64,000 nucleotides of DNA from Asterias rubens (taxonomy: Eukaryota): the NCBI RefSeq assembly GCF_902459465.1, contig NC_047064.1, positions 768,762 through 832,761 on the forward strand, in the 5' to 3' direction. Of the stretch, positions 36,890 to 48,000 are shown in pieces; position 1 is the stretch's first letter; the number at the start of each line of letters is the position of its first letter. Position numbers and translations under genes: made by a program. The notes beneath the pieces were generated by a model. The model saw only the letters and a list, made by a program, of their open reading frames with translations, ran no database searches and was not told where the DNA came from.

Positions 36890-37395
36890 TTACCAAGGAG
36901 TCTATAACTGAAAAAAAGTTTGAAAAATACTGTACAGTGTCTTGAGTTGCGGTGCCACTTCATGGGGTCACGGTAACCTAAGGCTAATCTCTAACGCCCA
37001 AGGAGTCTGTAACTGAAAAAAAAATAGAAAATCGGTTGTGTAGTTCTTGAGATATGGTGCCACTTCTGGTTGACCCGGAAGTAGAGGCCAATTTGGGTCA
37101 TGGATTTTCAAAGTTTATTTGTAATGCCTTAGGAGGATAAAACTGAACAAAAAGGATTGAAAATCGGTTGTATAGTACTTGGCGTATGGTCCCACTTCCG
37201 GTTCACCCGGACGTAGAGGCCAACATGGGGTCACGGGTTTTCACAGTCAATATTAATGTCAAGGAGTCTGTAAGTGAAAACAAATTGAAAATCGGTTGAG
37301 TAGTTCTTGAGATATGGTCCCACTTCCGGTTGACCCGGAAGTAGAGGTCAAGTTGAGGTCACGGTTTTTCCGAATTTTTCTCCTATCCCCAAGGA
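36890..37395. repeat. Variant 130-bp monomer array, about 4 copies; subfamily 2 of the ETS-palindrome satellite.
   Basis: Same monomer core ('cacttc.ggttgacccggaagtagaggccaa.ttgggtca'). Identical arrays occur at 47160-47685, 53120-53645 and 59090-59610. Confidence 0.85.
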
Positions 37396-37810
37396 GTCTT
37401 ATAACTACAAACAGTCGACATTGTTAAAGAAGAATGTCGTCTTCCTGTGATAATTTATCTCGGAATGTCGACATCCTAAAAGTAGGATGTCGTCTTCCTG
37501 TGATAATTTATACCGGGATGTCGACATCCTAAAAGTAGGATGTCGTCTTGCTGTGATAATTTATCTCGGTATGTCGACATCCTAAACGTCAGTTGTCATC
37601 TTCCTGTGATAATTTATCTCGAGAAGTCGACATTCTAAAAGAAGAATGTCGTCTTCCTGTGATAATTTATCTCGGAATGTCGATATCCCAAAAGTAGGAT
37701 GTCGTCTTGCTGTGATAATTTATCTCGGGAAGTTGACATCCTAAAATTAGGATGTCGTCTTCCTGTGATAATTTATCTCAGGAAGTCGACATCCCGAAAG
37801 TAGGATTTTT
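37395..37810. repeat. 53-bp palindrome-bearing minisatellite, about 8 copies.
   Basis: Unit 'gtcgacatcctaaaagtaggatgtcgtcttcctgtgataatttatctcgggat'. Each unit carries the inverted repeat cgacatcct-aaaagt-aggatgtcg, with the SalI-type GTCGAC at the unit junction. Identical arrays occur at 47685-48075, 53645-54050 and 59610-60010. Confidence 0.9.
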
Positions 37811-38689
37811 GTTGTTGAAATGATTTTACTTGTATACGTTTTGTTATATAGTATTACATTTCCAACAATATTTACAATATTCATGGTCATAAACTACGTT
37901 AAACTAAAATAATGGACGAAACAAAATGTCCCACGTAAAACTCCATAAGGTTTGGAACATAATGGTCCCGCAAGTTCAAATACGCGCAAGCCTTGCTTAG
38001 TCTACACAGAAGGTAATAAATAATTTATTACAAGCAAATGCAATCGTACAATAATAGAAAACAAAAATTAAAAATCAATGCAAAACACATGTAGGGGATG
38101 GAGGGACCCATAAAAGCAAACCTTAACGAGTACGGACCCCCTCCCCCTTTTTTTCTAACGAAGAAAGCAATGTGAGCAATTCTATTTAGTGGGTGTAATC
38201 TTATGTAACGGCAAAACAACTCAAATTTGCAGGAAGAACAAACACAAAAACAGTTAGCGTAAAATAAAACTTAACCATATATTTAAATGAAACAGATAAA
38301 TAAAATACCCAACGTCATAATAAAACATAAAAGGGAACACTAGTTGTGTGATAAAAATAAATACTAGAGAAAATGGGCCCCACAACTCTTGCTGGGAAAA
38401 AAACCATGTCGAAATATACCATTGTTATCCATTAGAGACGTTTTGTAGTCACTTTGGTTGGGGAGTGAGGAATCTAGCAAAAATACACGAAAATCCCAAT
38501 GCTGGGACATCAGTTTATACACCAGACAAATCTATTATATGGATATTCTTTTGAATATTTTATTTTGTGCATAATATGGTCCGTGATTCATGGTCCGTTG
38601 AATATAAGTGGGCGGTTGTGTATCGACAACAGACTTTTATCATTATGATCACCATCAGCCCCATGTATAACTAGACATAAGAATTTGTT

Positions 38690-41600
38690 TGATAACAAAT
38701 TCGAGGTGTTCGGATTTCTGGCCTGAATTAACGAGCCATCACTTTTTAAGTTTAGTTGACTGGGGAGATAGTGAGCTATGCTGTGTGTTATTGTGAAAAC
38801 AAAGTGAATAGCTATTAAATAACCTTTTTTCTAAGCGTTTTTTAGAACTTCCAGTTTAGACAGGTGAAAAGGTCAATACAAGGTCATCAACGTACCACGT
38901 TTCATTAATAAAATACACAATTTTGAATGGACATTTTTTCATATTTTCATTCACTTAGGCTCTAGAGCCCAAAATAACATGAGTTGTTACTTTAACTTCC
39001 GATTTCGACCGGAAGTAAAGGTCAAATGGGGTCACGTTGTGCACCGCATTTGTAGATCTTTATAAGAGGTTTCATGTACAAAAAGAATCTTGAACGTAGC
39101 TCTTTTGGTTTTGAAGATATGATTTTTCAAATTATTTAAGGTTTATTTAACGTTTATTTAACGTAATGACGTCACCATTCCAAAAAAGTTGCGGTGCCGT
39201 CTACTCACCGAGGTTGATGTTCATGAGAAGTTTCAAGTTCATACAAGTTTCAGTTTTTCTCAAAATTGGCGGAGAACGTTCAGGCAGAAGAAGACGGAGA
39301 AATGAAGGTTTGTCATATTAAACTTCAGCTTCCGGTTTGACAGGATTTAAAGGTCAAATGGGGTCACACTTTGTGCAAAACATATAGAATTGCCAGAGAG
39401 CTCAAAATTGATGTAATGATTATTAATGTACCACGTTTCATTAATAAGATACACAATTTTGTATGTACAAACTTATACTTCCGGGTTCGACCGGAAATGA
39501 AGGTCAAATGAGGTCACACATTGTAAACATTTGTAGAATCGTCGAAGGGCCTTAAAATTAAGTTATTATATTAATACACAAAATAATATTATTCAGATAC
39601 GATTTTTTATAAAACAAACTACTACTTCCGGTTTCGACCGGAAGTAAAGGTCAAATGGGGTCACACCCTGTGTAAGATTTGTTTAATACTTCATGACCTT
39701 TCATATGGTGTAAAGATCACGTATGTAGCATATCTGATTCTGGAGATATGAGTATTTTAATAAAAAACTTCAATTTAATATAATGACGTCATCGATGACG
39801 TCATCATTCAAAATTTTGTTCTTTGTCATATACACGCTTTGGTCTAAGTACGTGGTAAGTTTCAAGTCCGTACATGCTGTATTTTTTGAGATAGCAAAAT
39901 AATTTTTTTTTCGACCTCGTGTACCATTTTCGTTGTGACGTAGCTATGACGTCACACATTATATTTTTAGAATGCTCTTGAGTTTAAAAAAATTTTATGC
40001 ATTGGACATTTTTTCATATTTTTATTCACTTAGGCTCTAGAGCCCAAAATAACATGAGTTGTTACTTTAACTTCCGGTTTCGACCGGAAGTAAAGGTCAA
40101 ATGGGGTCACGTTGTGCACCGCATTTGTAGATCTTTATAAGAGGTTTTATGTAAAAAAAGAATCTTGAACGTAGCTCTTTTGGTTTTGAAGATATGATTT
40201 TTCTAATTATTTAAGGTTTATTTCACGTTTATTTAACGTAATGACGTCATCAATGACGTCACCATTCCAAAAAAGTTGCGGTGCCGTCTACTCACCGAGG
40301 TTGATGTTCATGAGAAGTTTCAAGTTCATACAAGTTTCAGTTTTTCTCAAAATTGGCGGAGAACGTTCAGGCAGAAGAAGAAGACGGAGAAAAAACTAGA
40401 CATAAGAATTTGTTTGATAACAAATTCGAGGTGTTCGGATTTCTGGCCTGAATTAACGAGCCATCACTTTTTAAGTTTAGTTGACTGGGGAGATAGTGAG
40501 CTATGCTGTGTGTTATTGTGAAAACAAAGTGAATAGCTATTAAATAACCTTTTTTCTAAGCGTTTTTTTAGAACTTCCAGTTTAGACAGGTGAAAAGGTC
40601 AATACAAGGTCATCAACATATTCTTTTTTGTGAAGTATGTGGAGCCCTTTCATATGGTGTATATTGTCGAGATGGCTTGTGTAGTTAAGGAAATATGAAT
40701 TTATGAATATTGACGACTGTAGAAGAGACTAGATTTAACCGAAGGGAAGGATTAAGTGACAAAACGCTTTGAGCAGAAACTATACAGGAAGTTGCAGCAC
40801 ACTTGGGGTTTGTATAGGTGTAACACGTTGTATGTTGTACATACGGTTTTAGTGCTGTACCAATGGGGATAATACGCAGGTGCGCTTAAACGACTGGAAA
40901 TAAAGGTCAAACAGGGGTCATGTCAATGCAAAAGTTTGAGCACGGTCAACAATTATCACTATTTTCTATAGCACTATCTCCCTGACTTTTACGAAGCAAT
41001 ATGGTTAAGTACCTTTGCTCAAGGACACAAGTGTCATGACCAAGAATCGAATCTACACCCCAATGACTAGACATCAGAACTTGAGTTCGATGTGATAAAC
41101 CAGTTGGCCCTGTCTTGCCACGAGTGCAGGAATCTAAGTTCATCACAATTTATAAACATCACCATCATCATCAAGTGGACCAATCCAGATGCCATTGTAA
41201 TACATTTCACTAGAACTCCCGGTTTGGACACAAAGAAGGGTTAATAAACGAGGTCACAATAAATCACTTTTAGAGCAATTTGAAAAGCTCAGTTGAGGGG
41301 AGGTCATTACTGCGTGCAGGTTTTTTGTCTTTTTGTGCTATGCTGACGGGCGAAATATTTATTTGTACTTTTTTATCTTTATGCATGAGGGTTTGTCATA
41401 TTAAACTTCAACTTCCAGTTTGACAGGATGTAAAGGTCAAATGGGGTCACACTTTGTGCATAACATCTAGAATTGCCAGAGAGCTCAAAATTGATGTAAT
41501 AATTATTAACGTACCACGTTTCATTAATAAAATACACAATTTTGAATGGACATTTTTTCATATTTTCATTCACTTAGGCTCTAGAGCCCAAAATAACATG

Positions 41601-42963
41601 AGTTGTTACTTTAACTTCCGATTTTGACCGGAAGTAAAGGTCAAATGGGGTCACGTTGTGCACCGCATTTGTAGATCTTTATAAGAGGTTTCATGTATAA
41701 AAAGAATCTTGAACGTAGCTCTTTTGGTTTTGAAGATATGATTTTTCAAATTATTTAAGGTTTATTTAACGTAATGACGTCACCATTCCAAAAAAGTTGC
41801 GGTGCCATCTACTCACCGAGGTTGATGTTCATGAGAAGTTTCAAGTTCATACAAGTTTCAGTTTTTCTCAAAATTGGCGGAGAACGTTCAGGCAGAAGAA
41901 GACGGAGAAATGAAGGTTTGTCATATTAAACTTCAGCTTCCGGTTTGACAGGATTTAAAGGTCAAATGGGGTCACACTTTGTGCAAAACATATAGAATTG
42001 CCAGAGAGCTCAAAATTGATGTAATGATTATTAATGTACCACGTTTCATTAATAAGATACACAATTTTGTATGTACAAACTTATACTTCCGGGTTCGACC
42101 GGAAATGAAGGTCAAATGAGGTCACACATTGTAAACATTTGTAGAATCGTCGAAGGGCCTTAAAATTAAGTTATTATATTAATACACAAAATAATATTAT
42201 TCAGATACGATTTTTTATAAAACAAACTACTACTTCCGGTTTCGACCGGAAGTAAAGGTCAAATGGGGTCACACCCTGTGTAAGATTTGTTTAATACTTC
42301 ATGACCTTTCATATGGTGTAAAGATCACGTATGTAGCATATCGGATTCTGGAGATATGAGTATTTTAATAAAAAACTTCAATTTAATATAATGACGTTAT
42401 CGATGACGTCATCATTCCAAATTTTGTTCTTTGTCATATACACGCTTTGGTCTAAGTACGTGGTAAGTTTCAAGTCCGTACATGCTGTATTTTTTGAGAT
42501 AGCAAAATAATTTTTTTTTCGACCTCGTGTACCATTTTCGTTGTGACGTAGCTATGACGTCACACATTATATTTTTAGAATGCTCTTGAGTTTAAAAAAA
42601 TTTTATGCATTGGACATTTTTTCATATTTTTATTCACTTAGGCTCTAGAGCCCAAAATAACATGATTTGTTACTTTAACTTCCGGTTTCGACCGGAAGTA
42701 AAGGTCAAATGGGGTCACGTTGTGCACCGCATTTGTAGATCTTTATAAGAGGTTTTATGTAAAAAAAAGAATCTTGAACGTAGCTCTTTTGGTTTTGAAG
42801 ATATGATTTTTCTAATTATTTAAGGTTTATTTCACGTTTATTTAACGTAATGACGTCATCAAAAACTTAACAATAACAATAGGTTTTCGGCTAAAAGCCG
42901 AACACCTAAAAAAAAAAAAAAAAAAAACTTAACAATAACAATAGGTTTTCGGCTAAAAGCCGA
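38690..42963. mobile_element. 4.28-kb insertion, probably a non-autonomous transposable element, present in only one copy of the higher-order unit. Internally it is a tandem duplication of a ~1.7-kb sub-unit carrying a third subfamily of the 130-bp ETS-palindrome monomer.
   Basis: Compared with the uninterrupted copies (48940, 54900, 60880: 'ccccatgtataataaacctcaacgactg'), this copy reads 'ccccatgtataa|ctagacataag ... gccgaacacc|taataaaccacaacgactg'. That is a clean insertion with an apparent 3-bp duplication (TAA). The 3' end has an A22 tract flanked by a 43-bp direct duplication (cttaacaataacaataggttttcggctaaaagccgaacaccta). The sub-unit start 'ctagacataagaatttg...' occurs at 38690 and 40395. 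Confidence 0.6.
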
Positions 42964-43052
42964 ACACCTAATAAACCACAACGACTGACGATTGCACTTT
43001 TGGTATTGTCATTGTTAAACTCCGGTTCCATTGTGTGCTGTCTGTTATCCTC

Positions 43053-43385
43053 CACACATAGATTTTCTTGTGAATAGTAGCTGTGTATGATTCATGGTTC
43101 GCTGAATATTGTGGCGATAACAAACTTTTATCATTTTGAACTGAATGCTTGATTTATTACCCTCCACACATAGATTTTCTTGTGAATAGTAGCTGTGTAT
43201 GATTCATGGTTCGCTGAATAATGTGGCGAAAACAAACTTTAATCATTTTGAACTGAATGCTTGATTTATTACCTTCCACACATAGATTTTCTTGTGAATA
43301 GTAGCTGTGTATGATTCATGGTTTGCTGAATATTGTGGCAATAACAAACTTTTATCATTTTGAACTGAATGCTTGATTTATTATC
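43053..43385. repeat. 112-bp tandem repeat, 3 copies ('ccacacatagattttcttgtgaatagtagctgtgtatgattcatggttcgctgaatattgtggcgataacaaacttttatcattttgaactgaatgcttgatttattaccct').
   Basis: Identical arrays occur at 49026-49360, 54987-55320 and 60958-61295. It is derived from the immediately upstream unique sequence ('gtccgtgattcatggtccgttgaatat ... cttttatcatt'). Confidence 0.85.
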
Positions 43386-44022
43386 TAGAGGTAAATGCTT
43401 GAGGCCAGTAAGAGTATTGTGCACGTACACCATGTAGTTTTTGTTGGAAACCGTTTGCTAACAGCCATTTATGTTACCCTTTGAAATAAAATCAGAAAAT
43501 TTATAAGTTTGCTTGTTGCATAAAATTAAATTGAAGATGATGCCTGAATTGATTTTTACAATCAGAGTTGGACTCTAGACTGACGTGTTGGACTCCTTGA
43601 ACACTCCAAGTGGTTCAATAGGTAGTGCAATTCCAATACTTATGCTGATGTTCTCATGATGTCAGCATCAACAGGAAGTTCCAACCACTTTTTCCCCTTG
43701 TACAATTAAATATGCAAATATGGGTCACGTGGTTACTTAATTACGATTTTTAATTTTTTTGGGGGTCGGTGGTTTGATGTTTGATCTAGTACGATTTGAT
43801 TTCACAGAACTCTTAACCACCAAACTCTGCGCTTATGATCACCATTTTCCGATTACTGTGTTTTTCAAACATCATCGTGTCATGCATGCACACAGGTTAT
43901 GTTTGGCTAACAATTGAGAAAAAGAAAAGGCAACACTATTGATATAAAGATAAGAATCTAACTTAAAATATTTCAAAAAGAAATATTTTTTTAGTTTTGG
44001 GGGCTAAAAAAATTTTTTTCCT

Positions 44023-44091
44023 GTGCGCAGATTCGAACTCGCACGTATCAGTGAAGAAAGCGCGACTGATGTCCACTTGGCTACGAGGGCC
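44023..44091 (-). other. tRNA-derived Pol III module (box A plus box B) on the minus strand, embedded in every higher-order unit; a SINE-head-like element.
   Basis: The minus-strand reading is GGCCCTCGTAGCCAAGTGGACATCAGTCGCGCTTTCTTCACTGATACGTGCGAGTTCGAATCTGCGCAC. Box A TAGCCAAGTGG fits TRGCnnAGTGG. Box B GAGTTCGAATC lies about 40 nt downstream. The cloverleaf is degenerate (12-nt anticodon-position loop, weak T-stem). Copies occur at 49998-50066, 55958-56026 and 61928-61996. Confidence 0.5.
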
Positions 44092-44255
44092 AACACAATA
44101 ATCAAGGGTTTACATGTATTTATTTCAACAGAGGGGATTATAAATGATCCGGCGAAATAATTCTCGTGTCATGATTTTGCGAACATTGTCACTAAATATG
44201 AACTGCTAACGCCTTTAACTTAAGTAGGGGTTGAAATGTAGTATTTGATGCCTTT

Positions 44256-44490
44256 AGGGGTTTTTGACGAGGACGTCGTCGTCGTCAAAAACCCCTATTC
44301 AACTACGCACGTTCGTCCACGAAGAAAACACATCGGAGTCTAAATTTGACATTTTTTCACTCATTTCTCAAAAACTACAACACCACAGCAAGTAATATTT
44401 TATAACTGTTAAGTAGGGTTGAAATGCAGTATTAGATTGCCTTAAGGGGGTTTTTGACGACGACGTCGATGTCGTCAAAAACCCCTATCT
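44256..44490. repeat. Pair of perfect hairpins (15-bp stems) within a ~195-bp local duplication.
   Basis: 'aggggtttttgacga-ggacgtcgtcg-tcgtcaaaaacccct' at 44256-44296 and 'ggggtttttgacgacgacgtcgatgtcgtcaaaaacccc' at 44447-44490. The loops contain GACGTC. The same pair recurs in every higher-order unit (about 50225-50470, 56190-56435, 62160-62405). Confidence 0.85.
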
Positions 44491-45080
44491 AATTACGCAC
44501 GTTCGTTTTAACGAAAACCCATGCACAGAGTAATTGGTCCAGAACGCGGTTAGAAAAACAAGGACAAATTTAACGCACGTTCTAACGAAAATCCCAAACC
44601 TCCGTACTTTGTGCGTGTACAGAGTAACGTGTCCAGAACGCGGGTAGAAAACAAAATAGTATAGACTCCTCTCAAGAAGTCAACAACTCATTGAGGTACA
44701 TACTGTGTTGTATAACCAAAGCGAATGTTTCACAATAACATGAAAGTGACTGCATCAAAATTACAAATTAAAAAGTTCAAATGAAGACCACGTGGTTAAT
44801 TAATGAAGAATTTTTACACTTTTTTGTTAGAGTAAAACTTATGTTCTAAGCTTCAATTTGATATATGATTTAACTATTTATCCTCATACTTTAGGAGTAG
44901 GGGCCTGAACAAAAACGCTGTACAAACGCTATGGGGTTTTAGGCGGAAACAAAGAATAATAATCATAAAAATAATAAAAATCTCGACGAAAACAACACCT
45001 GTTCCGACGGTAGGTCGGAACAGCTAATAAAAATATCGACGAAAACAACACCTGTTCCGACGGTAGGTCGGAACAGCTAA

Positions 45081-48000
45081 TTATGTTGCGAATGGGTGAC
45101 TAGTGAATTTTACTACTCGACTAGTCGCACCTCAAACCTGCCTACGACACTTGTCGAGATAAAATACGGATTCTCAAGATTTGTACCGCCATGTGCCGCA
45201 AGGGCAATATTAATTATGTTGCGAATGGGTGTGACTAGTGAAATTTACTACTCGACTAGTCGCACTTCAAACCTAACTATGACACTTGTCGAGATAAAGT
45301 ACGGATTCTCAAGATTTGTGCCGCTATGCCGCAAGGGCAATATAAATTATGTTGCGAATATAAGCAACACAACTGGTTCACCAAACAGGTAGTCGGGACA
45401 AATTTTTAATTATGTTGCGAATGGGTGTGACTAGTGAAATTTACTACTCGACTAGTCGCAATTCAAACCTAACTATGACATTTGTCGAGATAAAGTACAG
45501 ATTCTCAAGATTTGTGCCGCTTTGCCGCAAGGGCAACATTAATTATGTTGCGAATAGTAGTAAGCAACACAACTGGTTCACCAAACAGGTAGTCTGGACA
45601 AATTTTGTAGTCGATGTGTGGACACGGTTATAACTGAATAGAGATAAAAACAGTAGTCGCGACTCAAATTATAATTTGTAGTCGCGGCTTTAACACTAAA
45701 GCACACTAGTCGCCCCTGCCTACTTTTGTCACAAGTAAAGCACAGTTTTTCCTGAAAATGCAAATCAAATTTTTTAGTCACTGTTTTCGCAGTGAAAGTT
45801 TCGCAGGAGTTGAGCACAATTAGTCAACTGTAGCAAATTGTTTGATGCCAATTGTGAAGTGAAGAACACATTCCCTGCTAAGCTGTAAAATACGCTTAGC
45901 GTAAGCACAGTTCCCTGATTACGTAAGCGCTGCGATTCTTTCCTTTAAAAGCCATTGGCCCAGGACCAAACTACATAATAGCTTTTTAAACACAAAAAGC
46001 AGCTTAACCATGCCTCATGTTCAAGTTGTGAATCCAGGTGTTCTGCTCAATTTCTGCAATTTTGTAATGTTTGCCTGTTTAGTACAAGCAGCTCTATAAA
46101 ACTGAGCCACTCAACCACCAGAGAAACGTCAGCATAATAAAATCTCTGCTTTTGTATTCCTGTCAAAGAGTTTTTGTTTGTCATGGTCTAGTTTCCGAAC
46201 GTAACGCGAAATACTGGAATTAGTTTAGGCAAATGGTCCCCGGCGCGAACAAGGTGACTTTACCCGTAAATAATTCCAAATCCCGGGCGGTCTATTTTCG
46301 TCGTCCACGCTCGTCGGCTGAAATGAACCCGGTCCACGACGCACCATGCTCAGGCTTGTCAAATTTTGGGAACAAGTTTAGACTTGTGCTAGTCGGTTAC
46401 CGTAAGAAATCTATGTATATTGAACAAAAAAACGCAATAACACCGGTCGAAAATGGTATACGGACTCGGTCAAGTTAACAGTTTTACAATTTTGACTATT
46501 CAAATCAAGTTTTACGCCGTACCCATGATCTTTGAAAAAACTTCCCTGGAAATACAGGTTTTTTTAAAATAATTACACTGTTTCTATAAGTTCTGATGCT
46601 TTTAAAATGACCATTAGTAAAATATATCTTAATCTAAAGTAATTTTGGGAAGTGTAAAACATGTAATTTATTTTTAATCGAATAAATTATGTTTTGGAAA
46701 GCTGGGTTTGTTTACACTTAAAGAGCCATTGTGTTTGTGCACAGACACAAAACGTGCATTACATGACGTCATGAAGACGTCGTCCAGAATTTTATGTCGG
46801 AAATCACATTAACAGGACCTGACTAGTGTATAGCTGAAAAAAGTTTCAGGATCGGCGGTCTACTTTTTGAGATATGGTGTTAACAAGGTTTGCTAATTAA
46901 ATATTCATGAGCTTAATTAAGGATTATTAATTAACAATTTTAACATTTTTTGCGATAAGAATTAAGCTTATGTTCTAAGCTTCAATTTGGTATAATAAAC
47001 TCACTCTTTCGTATTATGGTTTAGGAGATTAGGCTGCCACAAAAACGTGTACAAACACTATGGGATTTAGGGAGAAACAAAGAATAATAATAACTAGACA
47101 TTAGGTGTTTGTGAACAAACACAAAGCTGTTCCGTGTTCTTTTGCTTTGATTATGTGTTAAAATTACCAAGGAGTCTATAACTGAAAAAAAGTTTGAAAA
47201 ATACTGTACAGTGTCTTGAGTTGCGGTGCCACTTCATGGGGTCACGGTAACCTAAGGCTAATCTCTAACGCCCAAGGAGTCTGTAACTGAAAAAAAAATA
47301 GAAAATCGGTTGTGTAGTTCTTGAGATATGGTGCCACTTCTGGTTGACCCGGAAGTAGAGGCCAATTTGGGGTCATGGATTTTCAAAGTTTATTTGTAAT
47401 GCCTTAGGAGGATAAAACTGAACAAAAAGGATTGAAAATCGGTTGTATAGTACTTGGCGTATGGTCCCACTTCCGGTTCACCCGGACGTAGAGGCCAACA
47501 TGGGGTCACGGGTTTTCACAGTCAATATTAATGTCAAGGAGTCTGTAAGTGAAAACAAATTGAAAATCGGTTGAGTAGTTCTTGAGATATGGTCCCACTT
47601 CCGGTTGACCCGGAAGTAGAGGTCAAATTGAGGTCACGGTTTTTCCGAATTTTTCTCCTATCCCCAAGGAGTCTTATAACTACAAACAGTCGACATTGTT
47701 AAAGAAGAATGTCGTCTTCCTGTGATAATTTATCTCGGAATGTCGACATCCTAAAAGTAGGATGTCGTCTTCCTGTGATAATTTATCTCGGGATGTCGAC
47801 ATCCTAAAAGTAGGATGTCGTCTTGCTGTGATAATTTATCTCGGTATGTCGACATCCTAAACGTCAGTTGTCATCTTCCTGTGATAATTTATCTCGAGAA
47901 GTCGACATTCTAAAAGAAGAATGTCGTCTTCCTGTGATAATTTATCTCAGAATGTCGATATCCCAAAAGTAGGATGTCGTCTTGCTGTGATAATTTATCT

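Larger units (their letters stand above)
29815..45080. repeat. Expanded, older copy (U1) of the satellite higher-order unit. It has the same segment order as the 5.97-kb unit. It is enlarged by an internal 1.57-kb x3 plus 60-bp x6 amplification (31804-36830) and by the 4.28-kb insertion (38690-42963).
   Basis: Segment-by-segment colinearity with 45081-51055: 133-bp array, then a ~1.4-kb region (track ORFs at 30246 and 30942 pair with those at 45578 and 46233), then the 130-bp variant array, the 53-bp array, ~880 bp carrying the conserved ORF pair, the 112-bp array, the tRNA-like module, the hairpins and the 60-bp array. Confidence 0.75.

Noticed and set aside
38690-42963. Calling the 4.28-kb insertion a PIF/Harbinger transposon.
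   Set aside because: The TAA 3-bp duplication fits. But the only terminal inverted match is one complementary 9-mer (ggtgttcgg / ccgaacacc), and it starts ~37 bp inside the 5' boundary rather than at it. The 3' poly-A plus 43-bp direct duplication also argues against a simple TIR element. The superfamily is left open.
45096-45633. Recurrent track ORFs 'MTSEFYYSTSRTSNLPTTLVEIKYGFSRFVP...' and 'MLRMGVTSEIYYSTSR...' (also at 29930, 30115, 51384, 57029, 57345, 63001, 63317).
   Set aside because: They lie entirely inside the 133-bp tandem repeat and several use GTG starts. Their near-identity across copies reflects repeat amplification, not purifying selection. They have no domain-like composition.
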